A stretch of DNA of 64,000 bases from Promethearchaeota archaeon (GCA_048939245.1 JBHLPR010000008.1:420-64419); one strand, 5' to 3'. Positions 27,744 to 37,583 are shown, counted from the stretch's first letter. The notes: generated from the sequence alone by a model not told the origin. A program made the numbers and translations.

Positions 27744-28931
27744 ATGACGAAATCAGATGTGTTATTTGTGGACAGAACCGTGTGGCCACGATATTCAATG
27801 CTTGATAAACTCGAAGTCCTTTGGAAGAAAATCGGGCTCAACAAAGCTATCAAGAAAGGTGATCGGGTGATTATAAAGACCCATTTTGGCGCATATGGCA
27901 ATCTCATGTACATGCGCCCTGCACTAATGCGAAAAGTTGTAGATCTCGTTAAAGCCCAGAAGGCGTGGCCAATCCTAGCTGAGAGTGCAGGGTTAGGATA
28001 TGGTGCTGGATTATACGGGGGGCGGACCACCGCAGCTGAATATTATAAGATGGCTGCGGCAAACGGTTTTACCATTGGATCGATGGGAGCCCCTATTGTA
28101 TTACTAGATGGGTATTGGGGAACTGATACGTTCACCGTACCAGTGAAAGGGAAGCACCTTGACCGGGTTGAAGTCGCCATGGCACTACGAGATGCAGATA
28201 TAATTATTATTATGACCCATTTCAAAGGACATGGGGGCACAGGGATGGGGGGAACCTTGAAGAATTTAGGAATTGGTTGCGTTGGCAAATACAGTAAAAC
28301 CATGATGCATGGCCCACAGAACCCCATCGTTGAACCAGACGAGTGCAAAGGCCCCGAGTGTGCCAAATGTGTCCGTGTCTGTCCAACGCGGTGCATCACC
28401 GTGGACGCGAAGGTGAAAATCGATTTTAGCCGATGTATTCATTGTATCCATTGTGTCTCGGCCTGTCGTCAAGCGGGATCTAAAGCGATCACGGCGAAAT
28501 GGGGTGAGAACCCGCCTGCAGCTGTAGAACGCATGATAGAAAACGCCTTGGGAGTTATCGATGGGGTGGGTCGTAACCGATTTTATTATTTCAACGTGGC
28601 TATGGATATCAGTGAATTTTGTGATTGCATGCCTGCTGGTCCTCAAGCCTTAGTGCCAGATCTTGGGATTTATGCGTCTCGTGACCCCATAGCGATTGAT
28701 GCAGCCAGTGTGGATGCTCTCAACGAAGCCCTCCCAATTACCAGTTCAGCTTGCGGAGAAATTGCTCCTGGCGAGGATAAATTGGCAATCGTTACACCGT
28801 GGCCAGACCCGCATACCGGAGAAAAAACGCCGACCCAATGTCATCTCATACAACTGGACTATGGAACAGAGCTGGGTCTGGGGAATAAGGAGTATACACT
28901 CAAACAGGTCGATAAACCAAGACCGAAGTAG
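27744..28931 (+). CDS. DUF362-type Fe-S protein with an inserted 2x[4Fe-4S] ferredoxin domain
   Basis: IIKTHFG... and MTHFKGHGGTGMGGTLKNLGIGC are typical of DUF362/COG2768 (by eye). Two cluster motifs are present: CKGPECAKCVRVCP and CIHCIHCVSAC. The in-frame ATG at 27744 is preferred over the track start at 27690. Confidence 0.7.
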   Translation: MTKSDVLFVDRTVWPRYSMLDKLEVLWKKIGLNKAIKKGDRVIIKTHFGAYGNLMYMRPALMRKVVDLVKAQKAWPILAESAGLGYGAGLYGGRTTAAEYYKMAAANGFTIGSMGAPIVLLDGYWGTDTFTVPVKGKHLDRVEVAMALRDADIIIIMTHFKGHGGTGMGGTLKNLGIGCVGKYSKTMMHGPQNPIVEPDECKGPECAKCVRVCPTRCITVDAKVKIDFSRCIHCIHCVSACRQAGSKAITAKWGENPPAAVERMIENALGVIDGVGRNRFYYFNVAMDISEFCDCMPAGPQALVPDLGIYASRDPIAIDAASVDALNEALPITSSACGEIAPGEDKLAIVTPWPDPHTGEKTPTQCHLIQLDYGTELGLGNKEYTLKQVDKPRPK

Positions 28932-28942
28932 GCTTAAATGGA

Positions 28943-29587
28943 TTAGGATTTCTTCCTTTTGCTTGTTGATGAAGATTTACCCATTGATTTCTCTGACCCT
29001 TTTAGTGCTATCCATTGATTGAGGAACATTTTGGCATATTGAATGGGTACGCCAACTTCGAACAGATGCCCAGCTATTTCATGATGAGATTTACCTTCCT
29101 TGGCTAATCGGGTAGCAAGATTGTAAGTAAATTCTTTCAGCTCCCAAGGATAAACGACCCAGGCTTCCGTTTTTACAACATAATAATCTGGTACCAATTT
29201 AGTCCAGGGTTTCATATGCATCGTTGCTGTTCGTGGGTTTTTGTAGCCGCGTTGCTTCAAGTGCTTTCCTGCAATGGTGAGACTATCCCCTGTATCGGAA
29301 ACATCATCGACAAGGAGAGGACGTTCCCACTTCATATCCATAGGGATTTTCTGACTTACTTGTGGTGATTGATTCCTGGAATAGATTCCTCGATAGAGAT
29401 CCACTTTCACATTCGCGGTGTCTCGTGTGAAGAAAAGGTCTGAAAGGATTCGTGCAGGAATCCAACCTCCCCGTGCTACGCCTACAATGACATCAGGTTG
29501 ATAACCAGAATCTACAATTTTCTCATAGAGTCGAAAACATAATTCGTAGAGGCGCTCCCACCAAACGAATTCATAAACGATTGCCAT
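28943..29587 (-). CDS. Purine phosphoribosyltransferase (hypoxanthine/xanthine-guanine type) with a C-terminal extension
   Basis: 214 aa. PRPP-binding loop LLVDDVSDTGDSL, N-terminal VGVARGGWIPARIL and a C-terminal aromatic lid (VVYPWE). A Lys/Ser-rich tail is appended. Confidence 0.8.
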   Translation of the reverse strand: MAIVYEFVWWERLYELCFRLYEKIVDSGYQPDVIVGVARGGWIPARILSDLFFTRDTANVKVDLYRGIYSRNQSPQVSQKIPMDMKWERPLLVDDVSDTGDSLTIAGKHLKQRGYKNPRTATMHMKPWTKLVPDYYVVKTEAWVVYPWELKEFTYNLATRLAKEGKSHHEIAGHLFEVGVPIQYAKMFLNQWIALKGSEKSMGKSSSTSKRKKS

Positions 29588-29698
29588 ACTGCTAGGTATC
29601 TGTTGGCTCTATAAAGCTTATTGTCAGCCCCACAGGAATGAAACCATACTGGACAAAGATGCCAAAAGAAAAAATCAGGAAGAAATAATTACGTATAA

Positions 29699-30223
29699 AT
29701 GGCTCAACTTCTAATTGGAGATAGGCTGGACTCGATGACCAATCCTGTGAATACCAAAAATGAGGATAAAAAATCAGAAACCGAGGAAGGTCAGGAGCCA
29801 GGAGATCTTAAAGAAAAACTCGAGGATATTTCAGCCCGTCTTGCCCGAATTGAGCGAGTTTTGGCTCGTCTTGAACCAGAGATGGGTGATTTCCAACAAT
29901 CGACTCGATTAATTCGAGATGGTATGGACTTTTATGGGAATCTCTTTGATATGATGGGACGTTTTTCCGGTCGTCAACGATTGCAAAAACGATATCCGAT
30001 TTTAGCTAAAGATGAGATAAGCCGACTCATTGTTGAAGCTCTCGAATCCGGAACACCTCAGAATATTAGTCAGCTGACGGTTGCAGTTCGACGCGGACGT
30101 GGAACGGCTTCACGTCGAATCATTCGAGAACGAATACAAATGCTTCAGGAACAGGGAATCATCCAAGAATCCCATAAGGACAAAAAGGCAACATATTACA
30201 AACTCGCTGAGGACCTCATTTGA
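29699..30223 (+). CDS. Hypothetical protein with a coiled-coil N-terminus and a C-terminal winged-helix-like DNA-binding domain
   Basis: 174 aa. Heptad-like KLEDISARLARIERVLARLE. The C-terminal ISRLIVEALESGTPQNISQLTVAVRRGRGTASRRIIRERIQMLQEQGIIQE...YYKL has the helix-turn-helix plus wing layout. Confidence 0.45.
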   Translation: MAQLLIGDRLDSMTNPVNTKNEDKKSETEEGQEPGDLKEKLEDISARLARIERVLARLEPEMGDFQQSTRLIRDGMDFYGNLFDMMGRFSGRQRLQKRYPILAKDEISRLIVEALESGTPQNISQLTVAVRRGRGTASRRIIRERIQMLQEQGIIQESHKDKKATYYKLAEDLI

Positions 30224-30320
30224 TTTATTTGGTATTCAATGAAGTTATCGTCGAGTTGTGGTCTATTTTCTGGTCACTTTTCTGCAGATAGTATATGTTT
30301 GCTGACCACACCAGTATACT

Positions 30321-30638
30321 ATGGTGATAATAACTATGACCGACAAAGATAGCAAATCATCCGATGCAGATGAAATGCGTGAAATTCTTGAAGCTGTTCA
30401 AGAAACCGTTCCTGCGTTAATTAGTAGACTCGTTCAGTCTGTCTATTCTCCTGAAGTTGCCGAAAGTATTGCTGATGCTGTTGGCACGCTCTATCAGAAT
30501 CTCAAGAAAAAGGGCCTACCCGATCATTTAGTTCGCGAGATGACAGAAAAGTACATGGGTGTCCTTGACATCAAGGAGCTCATGAGCAAAGGCATTAAAC
30601 TGGATCGGCCACCCAAAAAGCTGGATACCGATGTGTGA
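30321..30638 (+). CDS. Small acidic helical protein, paralog-like to the next ORF
   Basis: 105 aa. It shares an 18-aa motif, LKKKGLPDHLVREMTEKY, with ORF 30769-31050. Confidence 0.45.
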   Translation: MVIITMTDKDSKSSDADEMREILEAVQETVPALISRLVQSVYSPEVAESIADAVGTLYQNLKKKGLPDHLVREMTEKYMGVLDIKELMSKGIKLDRPPKKLDTDV

Positions 30639-30768
30639 GAAGGGATTTTGAAACGAAACGTGCAGACCGTGAAAAAGACTAGAATTGAAGTTATATAGAG
30701 AACAAGGTTATCTAAACAGGTTCTAAGTAAGCAACAACCTTCGTTCTCATTTAACCAACAAGAGACAA

Positions 30769-31050
30769 ATGGCTATAGGAGTATCTCATGAAATGACAGC
30801 AAGGGAAATCATCGCAGCAATACCATTAGCGATTCAAGTTGGTATCCGTTCCTGGTTAGCATTTCGTAGAGGGAAACGTTGGGCAAATCGGGGCACCAAA
30901 GCATTTCGCAAAGCCCTCAATAAGAAAGGATTACCAGAGGAAGTTGTTGATTCCCTCACTAATGCTTACAAAGCAAACCTTGAGTTCCTTTCAATCCGAA
31001 AACTCTCCCAATTTGCAGTTCAAACAGCGCGGCAACCCACTAAATCTTAA
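30769..31050 (+). CDS. Small basic protein with a hydrophobic N-terminal helix, paralog-like to the previous ORF
   Basis: 93 aa. Motif LNKKGLPEEVVDSLTNAY has 9/18 identities with the preceding ORF at equal spacing. Confidence 0.45.
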   Translation: MAIGVSHEMTAREIIAAIPLAIQVGIRSWLAFRRGKRWANRGTKAFRKALNKKGLPEEVVDSLTNAYKANLEFLSIRKLSQFAVQTARQPTKS

Positions 31051-31358
31051 TCCCCTCCTATTCGGTAAAAAAATCTCTATTTGGTTATTCTGGGAGACTG
31101 ATTACAAAGCGTCATAATCTAAGTTCTGACAGCTAAAAATTCCACAATTTATCCATTCAAAACAAGGGTTGGAGGTGCTTTGAACGGACAATTAACTGGA
31201 AGAAATAGTTGCGAGCAGCGGACGCTAACATCCGAGCAGATCAGTTCCGTCATCCGCCATGATGAGTGGCTCTGGTTAGGTGCATGTTCGTCATCGTCAA
31301 CGTCCGCACGCTCACTAAATAGGAAGCCCTCGTTCCCTTTAGAAGTTTCTAAAGTCTT

Positions 31359-31811
31359 TTACTCAGCCTTAGAGGGTTTCATTAATTCTTTCGTTATTGC
31401 GTTCATGGTCAATATTGGTCGAAAGAGAAGATAAAGAAGGATCAACCCAATAAGAAATAGTATAATGCCCAGAATCCTAAGATAAAGCACCAGTGGTCCT
31501 AGTGGATAGCTAAGAAGGATCAAAGCAAGAGGGAGTAAAGCTCCAATTATAGCCCGAAGAAGTGTCAGGATGATGCCTTTTTGGGTATCCTTGACAAAGA
31601 ACACCGCAACAAATGCAAGAACAACGAAGAATAGGGTTATGCCAGCAATGATAGCCAGAAAGGGATCTACAAACACCCCAGGAAAGAATATTCCACCAAC
31701 AAGGAGCACAACGTAGATGACGATAACAAGGAAGGCCCAATAATTGAACACACTTGTATATTTCTTCAGGTCCATTGTTGCTTGAGTTAATCGAGTCATA
31801 GGATCGGACAT
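31359..31811 (-). CDS. Membrane protein (4 TM), unknown function
   Basis: 150-aa ORF with four long hydrophobic helices. Confidence 0.5.
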   Translation of the reverse strand: MSDPMTRLTQATMDLKKYTSVFNYWAFLVIVIYVVLLVGGIFFPGVFVDPFLAIIAGITLFFVVLAFVAVFFVKDTQKGIILTLLRAIIGALLPLALILLSYPLGPLVLYLRILGIILFLIGLILLYLLFRPILTMNAITKELMKPSKAE

Positions 31812-31868
31812 GGTGAAAATCCTCCGAATCGTTGCATCCTCATCTGATATTGCCTAAATGCCTTTCTC

Positions 31869-33002
31869 TTAGGATGAATCCTTAGATTTTTCAACGAATT
31901 TACGGATTTCTTTGGTTTTGATTTTAGATAAGACACCTTTCTCGGTAATGAACCCTGTCACATACTTCGCAGGTGTGATATCAAAAACGGGATTGAAGGC
32001 CTCGGTTCTATCAGGGGCAACTTGTACAGGCCCCATCCCTCCCGTTGGAATTCGCCCAACGACAGTACGCACTTCTTTAGCAGGTCGCTCTTCAATTACT
32101 ATTTGGCTACCATCAGGGCAGTCTAAATCGAACGCGAAGAGAGGCGCAGCAACATAAAAAGGCACTTTGTGTACATGCGCTAGTAATGCCTTTTCATAGG
32201 TGCCAATCTTGTTCGCCACGTCCCCATTGGCAACAATGCGATCAGCACCCACGATTACAGCGTCAACCATTCCCTGACTGAAGAGAAATCCACAAGCACT
32301 ATCCACTATCAACTGATGAGGGATATTTGCCTGTTGGAGTTCCCATGTCGTCAACCGGCTTCCTTGTAACCATGGTCGGGTTTCGGAAACGTACACAAGT
32401 TTTAAAGTACCGGCTTCGTAGGCAAACCGGATTACACTCAGGGCGGAACCGTAGTCTTGCATCGCTAATGGACCAGTATTACAATGGGTAAGCACTCGGC
32501 TTTCGGGTTTAAGTAGAGCTGCGCCCGTTTTACCTATCTTTTTGGACGCATAAATATCTGAAGCCAGGATGGATTGTGCTGCTTGGTCAATATAGCCTCG
32601 TTTTTCTTCGATGGTTGATCCTTGCTCAGCTGCGGTTAAACAAGCTGATACAGCAGCAGAGAGTGTGACAGCTGTTGGACGAGACCCTTTGATAAGTTCA
32701 GCGGCTTCTTGGAGAAGGTGATTGAACTCTAAGACTAAGGTGGTGCTAATTTCGTGTGCAGCTTGAGCCATGGCAAAGGCGCCTGCTACACCGACAGAAC
32801 CGGCACCACGAGTAACTAGGTCTTTTATTGCCTTGACGGTGTCTTGCCAAGAATCCAGGTGTTTGAGTTCAATTTTGAAGGGTAGCCAGCGTTGGTCAAT
32901 CATGGTTACTTTGTAATTTTCCATTTGGACAGCACAGATATCGACTACGTTTCCATCAATCGTTATTTGCATAGTCCAGCCCCCTAATGTTATAATAGTC
33001 AA
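31869..33002 (-). CDS. mtnA: eIF-2B alpha/beta/delta-family isomerase, methylthioribose-1-phosphate isomerase-like
   Basis: Motifs IDQRWLP, TRGAGSVGVAGA, THCNTGPLA, ETRPWLQGSRLTTWEL and VGADRIVANGDVANKIGTY follow the MtnA/aIF-2BI pattern. The likely start is Met11 (MQITIDG, 32972). A ribose-1,5-bisphosphate isomerase role cannot be excluded. Confidence 0.7.
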   Translation of the reverse strand: MTIITLGGWTMQITIDGNVVDICAVQMENYKVTMIDQRWLPFKIELKHLDSWQDTVKAIKDLVTRGAGSVGVAGAFAMAQAAHEISTTLVLEFNHLLQEAAELIKGSRPTAVTLSAAVSACLTAAEQGSTIEEKRGYIDQAAQSILASDIYASKKIGKTGAALLKPESRVLTHCNTGPLAMQDYGSALSVIRFAYEAGTLKLVYVSETRPWLQGSRLTTWELQQANIPHQLIVDSACGFLFSQGMVDAVIVGADRIVANGDVANKIGTYEKALLAHVHKVPFYVAAPLFAFDLDCPDGSQIVIEERPAKEVRTVVGRIPTGGMGPVQVAPDRTEAFNPVFDITPAKYVTGFITEKGVLSKIKTKEIRKFVEKSKDSS

Positions 33003-33082
33003 TTTTAAAGACCAAAAGAGTTTTGGGAGCTTTTAATAGGAATGCCCTGTCAAGATTTTGGTTGTTAATCGGTGAATTAAGG

Positions 33083-33769
33083 ATGGTTTTTGAACGAGCT
33101 ATCAAAGCAATACTGTTTGATTTAGATGGGACATTGGTGAAGTTCCCATCGATTTGGGAATTTTTTGATGACTTGTTGGTGCAGGCTCTCATCGAATTTC
33201 GTGTTCACGTTCCTCCGAAAGCTACACGGACTGTGATCTGGCATTCTGGAAGCGAATTTGAAACGGTACTAAGGGAATGGGGAGTCGAGAACTATCCAGC
33301 CTTTATCGAGTATTTCGATGAGTTAGATTATAAACTGAGAAAAAAGTTGATTGAGAATGGAACGATTCAACTTTTCGAAGATGTGGATGTGTTAGGAGCT
33401 CTTCAAGAACGATTTAAACTAGGTATACTTACGAATACTCCACCAGAGATTGCGTGGCTTGAAATCAAAGCCTTTCAACTTGAAAGATTCTTTGATGATT
33501 TTGTAATGTTGGGAACGGTTGAGCAAAATATCGCCAAACCAGAACCTGAAGGTTTTCTCCGATGCTTAAACAATTTGGAAGCACAGCCGCAGGAAGCGGT
33601 GATGGTTGGCGATTCGAGCAGCGATATCATTGGTGGCAATCAAGTGGGTATGATAACAGTCTTAGTTGACCGCCCGAATCAAAATACTCCAATAAACTTA
33701 CAGCCACCACCTGATCTTATCATCACTGATTTGAATGGCTTGCTCCAGTTTCGTTCAGTGCGTGATTAA
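33083..33769 (+). CDS. HAD superfamily hydrolase (phosphatase, subfamily IA-like)
   Basis: Motif I LFDLDGTLV, motif II LTNT, motif IV GDSSSDIIGG. The ATG at 33083 is preferred over the track start at 33023. Its stop overlaps the convergent ACD-alpha stop (TTAA, 33766-33769). Confidence 0.8.
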   Translation: MVFERAIKAILFDLDGTLVKFPSIWEFFDDLLVQALIEFRVHVPPKATRTVIWHSGSEFETVLREWGVENYPAFIEYFDELDYKLRKKLIENGTIQLFEDVDVLGALQERFKLGILTNTPPEIAWLEIKAFQLERFFDDFVMLGTVEQNIAKPEPEGFLRCLNNLEAQPQEAVMVGDSSSDIIGGNQVGMITVLVDRPNQNTPINLQPPPDLIITDLNGLLQFRSVRD

Positions 33770-35184
33770 CTTTTCTTGGAACGACCTTGGATTTTCCCAT
33801 ATTCAACTAGGGCAGCCATACCACGAGCACCACGCATGGGTAAATGATATGATGGGACCCCAGCTAACCGAAGCTTATGCATTCTCTCACGAATTTCTTT
33901 TGTGGAGGGAACAGAGACCACAATAACTGGTTTTTTCCGTTGCTCGGAAGCCTCAACAATGGCCTGACTTACCTGTTCTGCATCAAGTAAGGGGGTCATG
34001 AAGAGAGGTATCACAATGATGCCATCGATTTCATTAGCGTTCAAGAGCGTATTCATCGAAAACGCGAATTGCTCAGCGGTTGCTGAACCAGTGAGGTCGA
34101 CGGGATTTCGTACCGAGTAGAAATAGGGGAGTTTTGTATGGAGCCGTTTTTGGAGTGAGTCAGAAAGTTCTGGAGCGGTAAGATTGTAATCAGCTAAGGC
34201 GTCTAAAGTCATTACGCCAAACCCTCCGCCACTGGTGATGACGCCAATTCGATTTCCTTTTGCCGGAGGTTGGTTAGCTAGTGCGCGAGCTACATCAAAA
34301 AATTCGCCGATAGTTCTTACTCGAATTACTCCAGCGGCTTCGAAGGCGGCATCGTAAATGCGGTCTGTGCCAGCGAGGGACCCTGTGTGGCTGGTGACGG
34401 CACGTGTGCCTGCTTCGCTTCGCCCAGCTTTGATGACGATGATGGGTTTGATTTTGGATGCGCGTTTACAAATATCAATGAATTTGCGACCGCGATTAAT
34501 GGATTCAAGATACAGTCCGGTGACTTGGGTATCCTTGTCGTCTTCCATATAATCGATTAAATCTCCTTCGTCCACATCAATCGCATTTCCGAAACTAGCG
34601 AATTTGCTGAACCCGATATCTTCGTTAGAGGCAAAGCTCATGATAGAGCCACCGACGGATCCTGATTGTGTTAGAAAGGAAATCCGTCCCACATCGGGAC
34701 GGGGAGTCGTGGATGCTGGAAGAAAGAGTGTATCAATATGGGTGACAGGACTGAAGGTTCCTAAGCAGTTGGGTCCAAGAACGCGGATATTCCCTTTTTT
34801 CGCTAGCTCAAGAACCTGCTGTTCGAGCTTTTCGCCTTCTGGACCTGATTCTCGGAAGCCCCCAGAGACAATAATGACATTAGGAATTTTTTTCTCTAAG
34901 CAGTCTATCATTGCATCGGGGACATATTTCGCGGGTATGGCAATGACGGCGAGGTCAATGGGTCCTCCACAGTCCTTCAGAGAACCATAGGTTTTAATGC
35001 CAAGGATATGTCGTCCGTCTTGAGCTGCTTTGGGATTAATCAGGTATAAGCGACCAGGAAACTTGGCAGCTACCATTTGTTCAACAATGATGTGTCCGAT
35101 TCGTCCAGGCCGCCGGGAAGCTCCAATTATTACTACGCTTCGAGGGGTGAAAAAACGATCAATTTGTGTTTCAATCGAATCCAT
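33766..35184 (-). CDS. Acetyl-CoA synthetase (ADP-forming) alpha subunit / CoA-binding succinyl-CoA-synthetase-like protein
   Basis: 472 aa. N-terminal CoA-binding VVIIGASRRPGRIGH and phosphohistidine loop SHTGSLAG. Domain order is typical of archaeal ACD alpha. There is no ATP-grasp beta subunit nearby. Confidence 0.8.
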   Translation of the reverse strand: MDSIETQIDRFFTPRSVVIIGASRRPGRIGHIIVEQMVAAKFPGRLYLINPKAAQDGRHILGIKTYGSLKDCGGPIDLAVIAIPAKYVPDAMIDCLEKKIPNVIIVSGGFRESGPEGEKLEQQVLELAKKGNIRVLGPNCLGTFSPVTHIDTLFLPASTTPRPDVGRISFLTQSGSVGGSIMSFASNEDIGFSKFASFGNAIDVDEGDLIDYMEDDKDTQVTGLYLESINRGRKFIDICKRASKIKPIIVIKAGRSEAGTRAVTSHTGSLAGTDRIYDAAFEAAGVIRVRTIGEFFDVARALANQPPAKGNRIGVITSGGGFGVMTLDALADYNLTAPELSDSLQKRLHTKLPYFYSVRNPVDLTGSATAEQFAFSMNTLLNANEIDGIIVIPLFMTPLLDAEQVSQAIVEASEQRKKPVIVVSVPSTKEIRERMHKLRLAGVPSYHLPMRGARGMAALVEYGKIQGRSKKS

Positions 35185-35525
35185 TGATAATCACGCTTCC
35201 AGTTATTGAGACTCCTGAGCGAGGAAGGAAGTTCTTTTTCTTTTCAACAGAACATGCAGGTAAATAAATTGATGCGCTTGGATAGATAAGAGGACATTTT
35301 CCTTAATGAAGTGCGAAAAAAAGCTCTATTGTAAATGTTAACCAGCAATTGAGCTGGTTGGTAATCTTCGCATATTCAATACAATAGAAACACGCAACAG
35401 ATTCTGAAGAAGTCATGGAGAATGAAACGTAAGAGACACTATTAAGGACTTGTTTTTGATTCACCCAACGATTGAAAAGGTTAATTTTAAGCGCTATCGC
35501 ATGTCAGTTCAAAGCAGTTCCCAGA

Positions 35526-36734
35526 ATGGATGTTGCACTAATGTCGAATTCCTTTGAACCTGATAAAGTCCTCGTGCGCTATGGCGAAATTGGATTAAAA
35601 AGCCTAGGGATTCGACGATATCTTGAAACGCTTCTTCGAAATCACCTGAGGATTATGTTAACGCGTTCTGGAACCGAGTATTCAAAAATCACCCGTGAAC
35701 GAGGACGCTTTTTCATTCACACTTCCAACACCCAATCAGCGGCCCATGCCGCTTCACGAGTTTTTGGCGTTGTCTCAACTAGCCCAGTGTGGACGACCTC
35801 CTCAAAGCCCACCAAGATTGTTAAGCTCGCGAAGCAGCTTGCCCCCCAAATCCTTTCCGAAGGACAAAGCTTCGCCGTTCGTGCCCGCCGATTGAAAACG
35901 CATCCGTTTACCAGCCAAGAAATCGCCACGCAAGTAGGTGCTGCGATTATTGAAGTGAGTGCGAACAAACAAACCCCTATTTCTGTGGATTTGGATAACC
36001 CAGATGTTGAAGTTCATATAGAAATACGGGAAAAATTCACCTATTTGTTCACTGAAATCATAAAAGGTCCCGGCGGATTACCCTATGGATCACAGGGAAC
36101 GGTTGTCGGACTTCATTCCGGTGGAATCGATAGCCCAGTTGCCCAATGGTTAATGATGAAACGGGGAGCACGAGTCATCCCATTGTATTTTGACACTGAT
36201 CTTCCCGACGAAAAAGGATTACGAATTCGTGCTATACAAAGTGCAACAAGATTGACAGAATGGATTCCGGTGAAAAAAAAGGAACTATTGATAGTTCCTT
36301 ACTATGAGATTTTACACAGATTGCAGATGCCAAAGTACCCGAAAATTACCTGTATTCTGTGTAAGCGGATGATGTACCGGATGTCGGCGATGGTAGCCGC
36401 TCAAGAGGATGCCACGGCAATAGTCACAGGTGAAACCTTGGGGCAGGTCGCATCTCAGACTTTGACCAACTTAACGATTCTTGATTCAGCTGTGGCTCTC
36501 CCAATCTTCCGTCCGTTAATTGGGATGGATAAAACCGAAACAATGGAAATTGCCCGCCAAATCGGAACTTATGACGTTTCAAGCAAAGATGTGGGCAAAT
36601 GCTTCGCTGTACCCAAACAGCCAAGTATAGCAGCCCAATTGAATTTGATACACGAAGCAGAATCGAAATTAGCTATTGCAGAAATGGTCACAAGCGCTGT
36701 CTCCCAATTGGAAAGGGTAGCGCTCGAAAAATAG
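35526..36734 (+). CDS. thiI: tRNA 4-thiouridine/thiamine sulfurtransferase ThiI (THUMP + PP-loop, no rhodanese domain)
   Basis: Contains RYGEIGLKS (ferredoxin-like/THUMP N-terminus), PP-loop LHSGGIDSPVA, a CxxC pair (TCILCKR) and a third Cys about 80 aa later (GKCFAVP). The ATG at 35526 is preferred over the TTG at 35472. Confidence 0.85.
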   Translation: MDVALMSNSFEPDKVLVRYGEIGLKSLGIRRYLETLLRNHLRIMLTRSGTEYSKITRERGRFFIHTSNTQSAAHAASRVFGVVSTSPVWTTSSKPTKIVKLAKQLAPQILSEGQSFAVRARRLKTHPFTSQEIATQVGAAIIEVSANKQTPISVDLDNPDVEVHIEIREKFTYLFTEIIKGPGGLPYGSQGTVVGLHSGGIDSPVAQWLMMKRGARVIPLYFDTDLPDEKGLRIRAIQSATRLTEWIPVKKKELLIVPYYEILHRLQMPKYPKITCILCKRMMYRMSAMVAAQEDATAIVTGETLGQVASQTLTNLTILDSAVALPIFRPLIGMDKTETMEIARQIGTYDVSSKDVGKCFAVPKQPSIAAQLNLIHEAESKLAIAEMVTSAVSQLERVALEK

Positions 36735-36838
36735 AAGAATTTAATTGTAGGAAGATAAGAAATAGAAATTCTAGAGACTGACTTAGATAAACAGCCGTCA
36801 TCTTCTATGTCAGTTTTTCCAGAAGCTATAGGCCAGGT

Positions 36839-37534
36839 GTGTTCATGTCCAAACGAGCAATCGGTCGAGAATTGGACCGTTATGAAATTGATCGGCGAAT
36901 TGTTGAAACCATCGCGTTGAAACCGCAGGTAACTATTGAAGGGATCGCACAAGAAACAGGTCTAAGTTATACTGCTGTCAAGAATAGCCTTCATCGTCTG
37001 CGAGATCTTGGTGTTGTTATCGAATCCACGAAGGTGGAGAGCCCCGCGCGTCGAGGACGACCTGCGTTCCATTTTCAAATCGATCAAGGGTTGACCCTTT
37101 TCATTCCGCCACGTCAATTCCAGCACCTAGCATTAACCTTGGTCAGCCAATTGGCTCAAGAAGAGGGACAGGAATACGTTGCTGGAATACTTGAAAGAGC
37201 GGCGAAATCACAGGTGCAGCGCGTAGCAAGCCAGTGGGAAAAAGAGAAATCAATTCCTAGAACGCTCGAAGAAATGGTTCGATTCATCTGTGCGTACATA
37301 AATGAGCAGGGGTGTTATGCCAGACATAGACCCTCTGAAAGGGGCTTCTATATTTTAGTGAATAATTGTGTATACAATGGGATTGCAGGAACGTTCCCTG
37401 GAACGATATGCCGTTTTCATGAGAGTTTGATTTTCAATTTAATTCACCAATATGATAAGTCCCTGCTTGTTGAACATGAGCAAGCCATGGCAGAAGGTGC
37501 ACATAACTGTCGTTATGCGATTTCTCGCCCTTAA
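36839..37534 (+). CDS. Winged-helix transcriptional regulator (ArsR/COG2345-like) with a Cys/His-containing C-terminal sensor-like domain
   Basis: 231 aa. The N-terminal wHTH IEGIAQETGLSYTAVKNSLHRLRDLGVV ... RRGRPAFHF is typical of COG2345-type regulators. The C-terminal part contains CVYNG...CRFHE...HNCRY. Confidence 0.6.
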   Translation: MFMSKRAIGRELDRYEIDRRIVETIALKPQVTIEGIAQETGLSYTAVKNSLHRLRDLGVVIESTKVESPARRGRPAFHFQIDQGLTLFIPPRQFQHLALTLVSQLAQEEGQEYVAGILERAAKSQVQRVASQWEKEKSIPRTLEEMVRFICAYINEQGCYARHRPSERGFYILVNNCVYNGIAGTFPGTICRFHESLIFNLIHQYDKSLLVEHEQAMAEGAHNCRYAISRP

Positions 37535-37573
37535 TTATCGGATTTGTTGTGAAATTTTGACGGTAAGTTAGGC

Positions 37574-37583
37574 TTTTAAATAA
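37574..37583 (+). promoter_or_regulatory. TATA-like box candidate upstream of the SCP2 gene
   Basis: TTTTAAATAA lies about 50 nt upstream of the TTG at 37632 (about 80 nt upstream of the ATG at 37665), in the intergenic region. Pattern only. Confidence 0.25.

Noticed and set aside
31051-31434. 308-nt convergent spacer with locally higher GC and track ORF 31180-31434 (84 aa)
   Set aside because: The ORF overlaps the 3' end of the convergent membrane-protein gene and has a Ser/Arg-rich, non-protein-like product and no RBS. Minus-strand frames there lack a usable start. I could not build a convincing RNA structure by eye. An Rfam scan would settle it.
33766-33769. TTAA shared by the stop codons of two convergent genes (HAD hydrolase and ACD-alpha)
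   Set aside because: This is a compact-genome curiosity only. There is no evidence of a regulatory role.
33766-35184. ACD (ADP-forming acetyl-CoA synthetase) alpha subunit without an adjacent beta subunit, considered as an anomaly
   Set aside because: In archaea such as Pyrococcus the alpha and beta subunit genes are commonly unlinked, so the orphan position is not unusual.
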